A stretch of DNA of 64,000 bases from an uncultured Elusimicrobia bacterium (GTDB lineage Bacteria; Elusimicrobiota; Elusimicrobia; FEN-1173), in NCBI GenBank assembly GCA_964482515.1, contig CAYZXT010000009.1, positions 16,251-80,250 on the forward strand, given 5' to 3'. Position numbers and translations under genes: made by a program. How positions within the stretch are numbered: the first letter of the stretch is position 1; every line of letters begins with the position of its first letter. The notes beneath the pieces were generated by a model. The model had not been told where the DNA came from. It ran no database searches and worked only from the letters and a program-made list of their open reading frames with translations. This document shows, one piece after another, positions 53,082 through 61,326 of this stretch.

Positions 53082-54298
53082 GCGGCTCCTTCGCCCGCCA
53101 ACGCCGCTGGATCGGTTTTTCCGCGTTCTTCGCCGCGAGCCTGCTGCTTCCCTGGTCCCTGCGCACGCTTTTCTCCCAGCCGTCCGGTCCGCTCGCGGAG
53201 CGGCGGGAATTCCCGCCCGAGCAACCCGTCTGGGGCGATCCTTCCGGCGACGCCGAATCCGTCCGCGCGCGAAATTTCGAAAACAATCTGGCCTGGGTCC
53301 GCGGCGGCACGACCGAGGTCCCGTACGATGGGATCATCGGTCCGCCGGGCGATGGGGCGGAGGATGGATCCGCCGATGCGTCCGGGGCGGCGGACCCCGC
53401 CGTCGCGGAAGTCCTCTCCCCGGGGATATACGCCGCCTACATGCGATCCTGGGACAGCCTGGACATCGTCCGCCGGCGCGACGAGCTGGGGATCTATATT
53501 TATCCGTCTCCCCGGACGCGCCTGGAAGCTTACGTCAGCCGCCACCGTTTCACCGACGACGCCGACGCGATCGAAGGGCACGGCGGCGGGCTGCGGGCGG
53601 CGCAGATCGTCGGCGACCGCGTCTTCCTGGAAGAGGGGATCGGCGTCAACGGCTACGACGGGATCCGCCGGTCGGTCGAAGGGTACGCGCGGGCCGGCTA
53701 TTCGCCGCGGGAAAACCTTTTCCTCAGTTTGGACGCGCGGGTGGAGGACGTGTGGGAGCGCCTGCCCAATATCCGCGACGGGCTCCGTTTGTGGAGCGTC
53801 TCTCCCTATCTGTATTTCTCCTTCCTGACGAACTATTGGGTTTCCGGCTATTGGTCCCTGGGGTATTTCAGCGACCACAACTTCCGCCAGGTGCTCGAGG
53901 GCGAGCTGGGGCGTTTCCTTTCGCGCAAGATCGGGCTCAGCGTTTCGGGCGGCGTGCAGACCTACCAGTTCCGCGAGCCGCGCGGCACCTATTGGACGCC
54001 GTCCTATTACCAATATCTTTTCGGCCGCGTGCGCCTGTCGAAGAATTTCGAAAGCGACATCTGGGAACGCCGCGCGCGGGAGAACTTCCCTCGCCGGATC
54101 GGCTACCTGGCCGAGTACACCGCGGGCACGACCGAAAACCGCGACTTCGACCAGACCCTCCGCGGCGGCCTCTCCTTCCGCCTGTTCGACCGTTGGATCC
54201 TGCGGGCCGAGGCCTACCATCTGAACGCCAACGCGCGGTTCACGTCGGACAACTATTATGAGAACCGCATCGACGGGAGGATCGATTTTGAGTTTTAG
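53078..54298 (+). CDS. Outer membrane beta-barrel protein (candidate PelB-porin-like exporter)
   Basis: Signal MSGSFARQRRWIGFSAFFAASLLLPWS. The C-terminal half is rich in Y/W/F and ends ...GRIDFEF. Confidence 0.45.
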   Translation: MSGSFARQRRWIGFSAFFAASLLLPWSLRTLFSQPSGPLAERREFPPEQPVWGDPSGDAESVRARNFENNLAWVRGGTTEVPYDGIIGPPGDGAEDGSADASGAADPAVAEVLSPGIYAAYMRSWDSLDIVRRRDELGIYIYPSPRTRLEAYVSRHRFTDDADAIEGHGGGLRAAQIVGDRVFLEEGIGVNGYDGIRRSVEGYARAGYSPRENLFLSLDARVEDVWERLPNIRDGLRLWSVSPYLYFSFLTNYWVSGYWSLGYFSDHNFRQVLEGELGRFLSRKIGLSVSGGVQTYQFREPRGTYWTPSYYQYLFGRVRLSKNFESDIWERRARENFPRRIGYLAEYTAGTTENRDFDQTLRGGLSFRLFDRWILRAEAYHLNANARFTSDNYYENRIDGRIDFEF

Positions 54299-54362
54299 AA
54301 ATCAGGGACTAAGAGAATTTTATCCGCTCCTGCTCCCTCTCCCTGGAGGGGAGAGGGTCGGG

Positions 54363-56531
54363 GTGAGGGGAGTCTTACGGGCGGTCCTTGGTATCGTATT
54401 GCTTGTCTCATTCTTAACCGCACGTGTCGACGCTTTTCCCTCCTCCCCCGACGGATGGCAGGAGATCAAGCGCCGCGTGCTCGTCCTCTACAAAAGCTCC
54501 GAAGGCGATCGTCCGGACTTCAACCGCGCCGCCGGATTGCTGGAGCAGCCCCTCGACAGCCTGGGCCTCGTGGCGGATTATTACGATATCGACGCCGGGT
54601 TCCCGTCGGAGGAAGCGATGTCGCCCTACCGCGGCGTGGTGACCTTCTTCAACGGTCCGTCGATGAAAAATCCGGAAGCCTACGCGGACTGGTTCGCCGG
54701 GCAGGTCCGCGCCGGCCGGCGCATGGTCGTCTTCGGCGATTACGGCGCGTTCACGGACCGCGGGACGGACCGCTTCATCGCGCACAAGGACGTCAACCGG
54801 GCCTTCGGCGCCCTCGGGCTGGAGTATGACGGCTTCTGGGAAGAGCGGACGGGGAACCTCGTGCTGCGGAGCGTCGACAACGAATTCATGGCCTTCGAAG
54901 AGCCCGTCCACGAGAAGGAGCTGAACGAATACATCCTGGTCCGTTCCCGGAACCCGGCCAACCGCGTTTTTCTCTCGGTCGCCCGCGCCGACATGGACGA
55001 CAGCGACAGCGCCTTGGCCGTGGCCACGCCCTGGGGCGGTTATGCCTTTTCGCCGCTCATGCTTTATGACTACCGTCAGGGCGACGTCGCCAAGCAGCGC
55101 TGGCATCTGGACCCCTACAAATTCCTCGCGGAAGCGCTCGGCCTCGGGGACGAGCCGCGGATGGACGCGGCGAGCCTGAACGGCCGCCGGCTGTGGATGG
55201 CGCAGGCGGACGGGGACGGGTTCACGACCTCCGCGCCGGCCAACCGGTTGGCGTCGGAGAACATTCTGGCGGTCCTGAAAAAATATTCGCTGCCCGTCAC
55301 GGCTTCCGTCATCACGGGCGAGCTGGAGGACAATCCCAGGGCCAGGGACGTGGCCCGCGCCGTGTTCGCGCTGCCGAACGCGGAACCGGCGAGCCATTCC
55401 GAGACGCACCCCGTGGATTGGCTGGCCGAGGGCGTCGATCTGAAAAAGGAAATCACGGGTTCCGTCGAAAAGATCGAGACGGACCTTTTGCCAGAGGAGA
55501 AAGAAGTCCGCGTCTTCGCTTGGACCGGCTGGTGTAATCCGGGGATTGAAGCCATGAAAACGGCCCAGGCCGCGGGTCTGGTCACCATGAACGGCCTGCA
55601 AACCACCAACGGGTTCGTGAACCGCTTCGACGCGCTTTATCCGTCCCGCACCTACCTTTCCCCGCTCGTCCGCCGGGTGGGGGATTTCATTCAGTTGAAC
55701 CACCGCGCCGTGAATGATTACGACCTTGCACGGGAATGGAAGAGCCCGGGCGAATACCGGCACATCATCGAGACTTTCCAGGGGACCGTCCGCAACCCGG
55801 AGATCCCCGTCCACGTTTATTTCCACTGGTACAGCGGGGCCGACGTCGCGTCGCTCGCCGCCTTGGACCGGGTATTCCGCTGGAGCGCTTCCCAGGAGAT
55901 CAGCCCCGTCTTCGTCTCGGACTATGCCGACATCGTGACGGACTTCCGTGGCGCGCGGATTTGGCGTTCCGGCCCGGGGCGGTTCATCGTCCGCAACAAC
56001 GGCCATTGCCGCACCGTGGTGTTTTCATCCACGACCTCCGCTGTCGACATGGAACGGTCCAGAGGCGTCCTGGGTTATGCGCCGCGCTTCGGCCAGCTGT
56101 ATGTTTTCCTGGACGAAGGCCGCGAGCATGAGATCGTTCTGACGGAAGAGGAAACGTCCGCTCCGCGCGTGGTATCGGCCTCGGGCTGGCTGGAGAATTG
56201 GAAAGTCGACGGCAGCCGTTATTCTTTCGACATGAGGGCCTACGGTCCGGCGACCGTGACGCTTGCAGGCTTGAACGGTTATTATACGGTGAGCGTCCGT
56301 CCCGAAAAGCGGGCCAAGTCCGTTTCCTATCAAAGGTTCACGCGTAAGACGGAGGACGGCCTTCTCGTTTTGGAATTTTCCGCCGCCGGGCTTTCGCACA
56401 TGACGGTGGAACCGACGGGCGCCGTTTATGCCATGGCGCAGGTGGCGAGCGTCCCCCTGGTGGCGGGGTTCACGTCGATCTACGCGTTTTGGTTTTTATG
56501 GCTGGCGAAGAAACGGCGGAGGGGCCTGTGA
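54363..56531 (+). CDS. Large secreted polysaccharide-deacetylase-like protein (CE4 / NodB-type motifs; PelA deacetylase-domain analog)
   Basis: GTG start with GGAGG upstream and signal VRGVLRAVLGIVLLVSFLTARVDA. QADGDGFTT resembles CE4 motif 1 (TFDDG). ASHSETHP matches CE4 motif 2 (H-S/T-x-x-H-P). The track ORF start at 54258 overlaps the previous gene. Confidence 0.45.
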   Translation: MRGVLRAVLGIVLLVSFLTARVDAFPSSPDGWQEIKRRVLVLYKSSEGDRPDFNRAAGLLEQPLDSLGLVADYYDIDAGFPSEEAMSPYRGVVTFFNGPSMKNPEAYADWFAGQVRAGRRMVVFGDYGAFTDRGTDRFIAHKDVNRAFGALGLEYDGFWEERTGNLVLRSVDNEFMAFEEPVHEKELNEYILVRSRNPANRVFLSVARADMDDSDSALAVATPWGGYAFSPLMLYDYRQGDVAKQRWHLDPYKFLAEALGLGDEPRMDAASLNGRRLWMAQADGDGFTTSAPANRLASENILAVLKKYSLPVTASVITGELEDNPRARDVARAVFALPNAEPASHSETHPVDWLAEGVDLKKEITGSVEKIETDLLPEEKEVRVFAWTGWCNPGIEAMKTAQAAGLVTMNGLQTTNGFVNRFDALYPSRTYLSPLVRRVGDFIQLNHRAVNDYDLAREWKSPGEYRHIIETFQGTVRNPEIPVHVYFHWYSGADVASLAALDRVFRWSASQEISPVFVSDYADIVTDFRGARIWRSGPGRFIVRNNGHCRTVVFSSTTSAVDMERSRGVLGYAPRFGQLYVFLDEGREHEIVLTEEETSAPRVVSASGWLENWKVDGSRYSFDMRAYGPATVTLAGLNGYYTVSVRPEKRAKSVSYQRFTRKTEDGLLVLEFSAAGLSHMTVEPTGAVYAMAQVASVPLVAGFTSIYAFWFLWLAKKRRRGL

Positions 56532-57943
56532 GGAAAAAGATTTGCTTGATCCTGGAGGGGACCTATCCCTACGTGCGCGGCGGCGTGGGCATGTGGGCCC
56601 ACGACCTGATCCGCCGCTCGCCGCAGCATGACTTCACGGTCGTGGCCGTGACGGATTCGCCCAAGGGTCCGCGGGATGTCCTCTACGAGCTTCCGCCCTA
56701 CGTGCTTGACGTCGTCACAGTGAACCTGAACAAAAAGCTGCCTTCGACCTTGACGGCGACGGCCGCCCCGCGCACTTCCGACAGCGGGCGCTTGGCCCTC
56801 GGCATCGTGGAGACGCTCAAGGAAATGGAAGCGGGCGATTTCAGCGGGCTGGAACGCCTCGTCCAGGAGTGCGACCGGACGACCTTCGCGTTCGCGGACC
56901 TCCTTTTCAACGAAGCGCTCTGGAAGCAATTCGTCGGATACGCTTCACGGCTGGACGGGGAAAACCCCTTCGCGGGATTGTTCTGGACCTGGCAGGTCCT
57001 CTTCGAGACCACGGCGCGGCTGCTGCGCGCGCCCATTCCGGAGGCGGACGTCTACCACAGTGCGTCGACGGGCTACGCGGGGCTGCTCGCCTGCCTGGCG
57101 AAGGTCCGGACCGGCAAGCCCTTCGTCCTTTCCGAGCACGGGCTCTATCTCCAGGAGCGCCAGATGGAACTGGCTTTCCACGGCGTCCTGCGCGGCGCCC
57201 AACGGGAGTTCGTCGAAGGATTTTTCTCCGGCGTGAGCCGCTGGTGCTACGGGCTGGCGGACGAGATCACCTCGCTCTGCGGACCGATCCGCGAGCACCA
57301 GATTTCCCTCGGCGCGGCCCCCGCGAAGACGTTCATCGTCCCCAACGGGATCAACGTGCAGCGCTTCGCTTCCCTGCCGCGCGTCGCGCACGAAGGTTTC
57401 CACATCGGCTTGGTGGGCCGGGTGGCGCCGGTGAAGGACGTGAAGCTGCTCATCTTCGCGGCCAAGGAGCTTTTGTCGCGGATCCCGGAGCTGCGCGTTT
57501 CCATCGCGGGCCCCTCCGCGGACCCCGGCTATTTCCGCGAATGCCAGGAACTGGTTGCGCGGCTCGGCTTGGAGCGCGTGGTGCGCTTCCTGGGTTTCGT
57601 CGACGCGGCGCGGCTCTATCCGGAGCTGGACATGCTGGTGCTCTGCAGCCTGAAGGAAGTGCAGCCCCTGGCCGTTTTGGAAGCCATGGCCGCGCGCATC
57701 CCGGTGGTGGCGACCCAGAGCGGCGGCATTCCGGAGATCCTGGGCGGCATCGGCGCGCTCGTGCCGCCCCGGAACCTGGACGCGCTGGTGAAAACCATCC
57801 GGCGCGTGTACGAGGACAAGGCGATGCGCGAGGTGATGGTGCGCCTGGGCTTCGAGCGGGTCTCCTCGACCTACGCGCACGAAAAAAGTTTGGACCAGTT
57901 CCACCGTTTCTACGCGGCGACGGAACCCGTGGTCCGGGGATAA
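56528..57943 (+). CDS. pelF: PelF-like GT4 glycosyltransferase (N-terminal DUF3492 domain)
   Basis: KKICLILEGTYPYVRGGVGMWAHDLIRRSP resembles the PelF/DUF3492 N-terminus. The C-terminal GT4 region is GFVDAARLYPELDMLVLCSLKEVQPLAVLEAMAARIPVVATQSGGIPEIL. GTG start overlapping the upstream TGA. Confidence 0.7.
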   Translation: MRKKICLILEGTYPYVRGGVGMWAHDLIRRSPQHDFTVVAVTDSPKGPRDVLYELPPYVLDVVTVNLNKKLPSTLTATAAPRTSDSGRLALGIVETLKEMEAGDFSGLERLVQECDRTTFAFADLLFNEALWKQFVGYASRLDGENPFAGLFWTWQVLFETTARLLRAPIPEADVYHSASTGYAGLLACLAKVRTGKPFVLSEHGLYLQERQMELAFHGVLRGAQREFVEGFFSGVSRWCYGLADEITSLCGPIREHQISLGAAPAKTFIVPNGINVQRFASLPRVAHEGFHIGLVGRVAPVKDVKLLIFAAKELLSRIPELRVSIAGPSADPGYFRECQELVARLGLERVVRFLGFVDAARLYPELDMLVLCSLKEVQPLAVLEAMAARIPVVATQSGGIPEILGGIGALVPPRNLDALVKTIRRVYEDKAMREVMVRLGFERVSSTYAHEKSLDQFHRFYAATEPVVRG

Positions 57944-57952
57944 GGGGACACC

Positions 57953-59383
57953 ATGGCGGGCGTCGGCATCGAACTGCAGGCATCGTTCCTGAAGCGGCGG
58001 AGTTATCTCCGACTCCTGAAAATTTTCGGCTACGCCACCTCTCTGGCCGGCGGGCCGTGGCTGGTGGCCAGCATCACGGTGGCGCTGCTCTGCGTCTTCG
58101 GGATCAAGCAATATTCCTGGCATGAGATGACGCTCTTCGCCGTGGTCGTGATGTACGCCTTCGCGGGCTCGGTCCTCTTCGTCAGTCCCTTCGCCCTTTC
58201 CTTCGGGCGCTACCTGGCGGACCAGACCTTCGTCGGGCGGCTGAACCAGCGGCGGATGTTCCTGCTGCTCGAGGCCGTGATCGTGCCGCTCGCGGCGGTG
58301 ACGGGGTACTTCGCGGCGCGGCATTTCCTGCCGGACAGCGTGGTCCACGCCAGCGCTTACCGCCTCCTGGCCGCGGCGCTCTTCACGTTTCTCGCGGGGC
58401 TTTGGCCGGTGATGACCTACCTTGATTTCCGGCGTCGGCTGTCGCATCCGATGATCGCCTTCGTGGCCGGATCGCTTGCCGCCCTGGCGAGCTCCTGGTG
58501 GTTCCGGCGATACCTCGACTCCACCGGCTACATGGCCGGGTTCACGTTGGGCATGGGCCTGATCTACGCCGCGCTTTTCTTTTCCGCGCTTCACCGCCCG
58601 GTGGGAGCCGCCCGCGATCTGAAAGCCGAAAAACCTTATCTCGAGGCGGCGCGGCCCAAGTTCGCGGCCCTGATCCTCATCGGCGTCTTCTACAACCTCG
58701 GCATCTGGATGGATAAGTTCGTGATCTGGTCCACGCGCGGGACCGTCGTGTGGCCCGAGAGCCCGCTGCGCGTCCTGCACGTCTACGACATCGCCACCTT
58801 CATGGCCTACCTGCTCCTGATCCCGGGCATCGCCTATTTCCTCCTGGTGGTGGAATCTTCCTTCTACGAAAAATTCCGCGAATACCTCGCCGGCCTGGAG
58901 AGCGATCCCTATCATGAGGTCGAGGAAAAGCGGGCCGGCCTGGTGCGCGGCTTGTTCCGCCAGGCGGCGTACCTCGCCGAACTGCAGGCCATCCTAACGG
59001 TGATCGCGTTTTTCATCGGGCCCGCGCTCTTCCGCACGCTCGGATTACCCGCGGAGGGCGTCCCGATCTACCGCGTGCTCATCTGGGCCGCGTCGTTCCA
59101 GGTGATGTTGTGGATGGGGATCCTCCTGTTGCTTTATTTCGAGTTCCGGCGCGAGGCGTTGCTCGCGGCGGTCGGTTTTTGTTTCGCCAACACCGTTTTG
59201 ACATATGCCAGTCTGAATTCTCCCGGCTGGGTTTTAGGCTGGGGGTACGCGTTGTCTGCGCTGGCCGCCGGCGTCTTCAGCCTATGGGCGCTGCACGTAC
59301 GTCTTAAGGACCTCCACCGGCATATTTTCCGGCTGCACTTCGTGGAGCCCCCGCCGGTCCTCGATGAGAGCGCGCAAGGCTAA
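57953..59383 (+). CDS. pelG: PelG-like polysaccharide exporter (PST/MATE-like, 12 TM)
   Basis: MAGVGIELQASFLKRRSYLRLLKIFGYATSLAGGPWLVAS closely parallels the PelG N-terminus. 476 aa, polytopic. Confidence 0.65.
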   Translation: MAGVGIELQASFLKRRSYLRLLKIFGYATSLAGGPWLVASITVALLCVFGIKQYSWHEMTLFAVVVMYAFAGSVLFVSPFALSFGRYLADQTFVGRLNQRRMFLLLEAVIVPLAAVTGYFAARHFLPDSVVHASAYRLLAAALFTFLAGLWPVMTYLDFRRRLSHPMIAFVAGSLAALASSWWFRRYLDSTGYMAGFTLGMGLIYAALFFSALHRPVGAARDLKAEKPYLEAARPKFAALILIGVFYNLGIWMDKFVIWSTRGTVVWPESPLRVLHVYDIATFMAYLLLIPGIAYFLLVVESSFYEKFREYLAGLESDPYHEVEEKRAGLVRGLFRQAAYLAELQAILTVIAFFIGPALFRTLGLPAEGVPIYRVLIWAASFQVMLWMGILLLLYFEFRREALLAAVGFCFANTVLTYASLNSPGWVLGWGYALSALAAGVFSLWALHVRLKDLHRHIFRLHFVEPPPVLDESAQG

Positions 59384-60314
59384 ACTCGCCGCGGCGTTCC
59401 TGTTTTGCGCTTCGCACCTCGCGGCGGCGCATCCGGCCGCCTCAACTCCTACCCAAAACGCCCCGTCCGACAAACCGGGACCACGACTAGCGTCGACGGC
59501 CTTCGCCTGTTATTACGGCTACGGCCGCCTCGAGGAACTGAAAAATTACCGCCTCGTCGTCCTCCAGCCCTCCGCCTATAATCCGTCCGATATCGCCGCG
59601 CTCAAAGAAGCGGGCGTCACCGTGCTCGCGTACATTTCCCTCGGCGAGGACGAGGAGCTGCGCCGCGGCAACGGGCGCGGCCCCGGCGGCTGGGCGGATT
59701 GGTATCTGGACGAGTTCAAGGGGGCCGGGTTCGCGTACCCGGGCCCGGACGGACAGCCGGACAAGCACGCCGCCTGGGGCTCCTACTACGTGGACCCATC
59801 CCGTTCCGGTTGGAGGAAGCGCGCGCTTCAATCGGCCGAACGATTTAAATCCGTATTTGGGTTCGACGGTCTTTTCTTGGACACGATGCTTCTCCCGCGG
59901 GACGCCTTCCGCGAAAAGACCGAGCGGCGGATGGACAAGGGAATGAAGCGCCTGCTGGCGGAGCTGCGGCGGGATTGGCCCGGCGGATACTTTTTGGGGA
60001 ACAATGCCTGGGAGTTTTTAGAACAGGAGAAGTTGCTCAACGGCGTCATGCTGGAGAGCGCCCTGGGGGAAGACCCCTCCGGCTTCCAAAAGATCGGCCG
60101 TCTGGTCAAAGAGGTTCAGCAATTGAGGCCCTTGGACGCGTTCCTCCTGGAAACAATTTCTCCCGGAGCGGGGGCGAAGGCGGACGCCGTCTGCGCGACT
60201 GCCGATCTCCTGGGTTTTTCGGCCGCCCTCTACTCAGACGACGAGGCAGGCCGGTCGCTGACTGTTTTTCCGTGGAAGACGTGCGGCCCGGGTCCATCCG
60301 CGTTAAAGCGGTGA
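59364..60314 (+). CDS. GH114-like glycoside hydrolase (PelA hydrolase-domain analog), secreted
   Basis: Signal peptide, then FACYYGYGRLEELKNYRLVVLQP...DIAALKEAGVTVLAYISLGEDEE, a TIM-barrel GH114-type pattern. Overlaps the pelG end by 20 nt. Confidence 0.5.
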   Translation: MRARKAKLAAAFLFCASHLAAAHPAASTPTQNAPSDKPGPRLASTAFACYYGYGRLEELKNYRLVVLQPSAYNPSDIAALKEAGVTVLAYISLGEDEELRRGNGRGPGGWADWYLDEFKGAGFAYPGPDGQPDKHAAWGSYYVDPSRSGWRKRALQSAERFKSVFGFDGLFLDTMLLPRDAFREKTERRMDKGMKRLLAELRRDWPGGYFLGNNAWEFLEQEKLLNGVMLESALGEDPSGFQKIGRLVKEVQQLRPLDAFLLETISPGAGAKADAVCATADLLGFSAALYSDDEAGRSLTVFPWKTCGPGPSALKR

Positions 60315-60434
60315 CGCTATCTCATTCACTGTAACCGGTCGGCTTTACGAGGGTCATATCACTGTATAATAAAAGGATCGAGAAAGTTTTTTTCGAACAC
60401 TAAACCTTGTGCGGTTCACCCGTTCAAGCGTTTT

Positions 60435-61088
60435 GTGTTGTTTCCTATGAGAGGAATTGTGGACATTTCTGACATAAAAGACGTCTCCGATAAGCAGTTA
60501 GTGGCCGAGGCTCAAAACGGCCAAGAGAGAGCTTTTAGCCGTTTGCAGCAAAGATATCAGGCATCGCTCTTCATTATGGTTTTTCGCCATCTCGGACATC
60601 GGGAAGAGGCGGAAGACGTCGTACAACAGTCCTTCTTGAAAGCCTATCAGCACATCAACGATTTCCGCGGCGAATCTAAATTTTATACATGGCTGTACAC
60701 CATCGCGTTGAACCTTAGCCGCAACCACATACGCCAGCGCCACAGCCGCCGGACGGTTTCTTTGGACGATATGAGTTCCCAGTATGACGGTCCTCCGCCT
60801 CAGTGGATCGAAAAAGGGCCTACTCCGGAAGAGGAAGCCGACCGCCATGCCGACCTTGAAGCCATCCGGGATTCCTTGGAGTGTTTGGGGGAGGAGCAAA
60901 GGACGATCTTCGTTTGGCATTATTTCCAGCAGCTTTCGTTGGATGAGGTCGCCCGGCGCCTCGGCCGTCCCGTGGGGACCGTCAAGGTCTATCTCCATCG
61001 GGCCCGTAAGACAATTTATAAGGCCTTGACCGGCAATGGAGGGAACAAGAAATTTAAAAGCATTCTGTTTGTTGAAAGGACATCTTAG
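60435..61088 (+). CDS. ECF-type sigma-70 family sigma factor
   Basis: Region 2 FLKAYQHINDFRGESKFYTWLYTIALNLSRNHIR. Region 4 EEQRTIFVWHYFQQLSLDEVARRLGRPVGTVKVYLHRARKTIY. Confidence 0.8.
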   Translation: MLFPMRGIVDISDIKDVSDKQLVAEAQNGQERAFSRLQQRYQASLFIMVFRHLGHREEAEDVVQQSFLKAYQHINDFRGESKFYTWLYTIALNLSRNHIRQRHSRRTVSLDDMSSQYDGPPPQWIEKGPTPEEEADRHADLEAIRDSLECLGEEQRTIFVWHYFQQLSLDEVARRLGRPVGTVKVYLHRARKTIYKALTGNGGNKKFKSILFVERTS

Positions 61089-61153
61089 TCCCATAGATGT
61101 AATTTTATCGTCGCAGGCGTGTCGAATAAACGGGTTTCAAGGAGCGTATTCGG

Positions 61154-61306
61154 ATGAGTCGAGTCTGGATCATAAGTTTCCTCGCCCTGATCGCCGTCTT
61201 TTTGCCGGTATGGTCGTACAGCCAGAATTGGGGTTATCAGGCCAGCGCCGGTATCGGAGCAATTTTTCTTATCTTCCTGCTCTTGAACAAGTTTCACGTT
61301 ATATGA
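61154..61306 (+). CDS. DUF3309-family small membrane protein (50 aa)
   Basis: MSRVWIISFLALIAVFLPVWSYSQNWGYQASAGIGAIFLIFLLLNKFHVI matches the DUF3309 pattern (P.W.YS..WGY...G..G). AAGGAG SD. Not in the track. Confidence 0.5.
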   Translation: MSRVWIISFLALIAVFLPVWSYSQNWGYQASAGIGAIFLIFLLLNKFHVI

Positions 61307-61326
61307 CGCTATTTTAGGACGATATC

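Noticed and set aside
53009-54298. Track ORF start at 53009, and also 52933..54261 and 53060..54220
   Set aside because: Overlapping alternative frames. The chosen start is ATG 53078 (ATGA overlap, signal peptide). The others lack features.
56945-58915. 656-aa minus-strand ORF
   Set aside because: Antisense to the pelF/pelG homologs.
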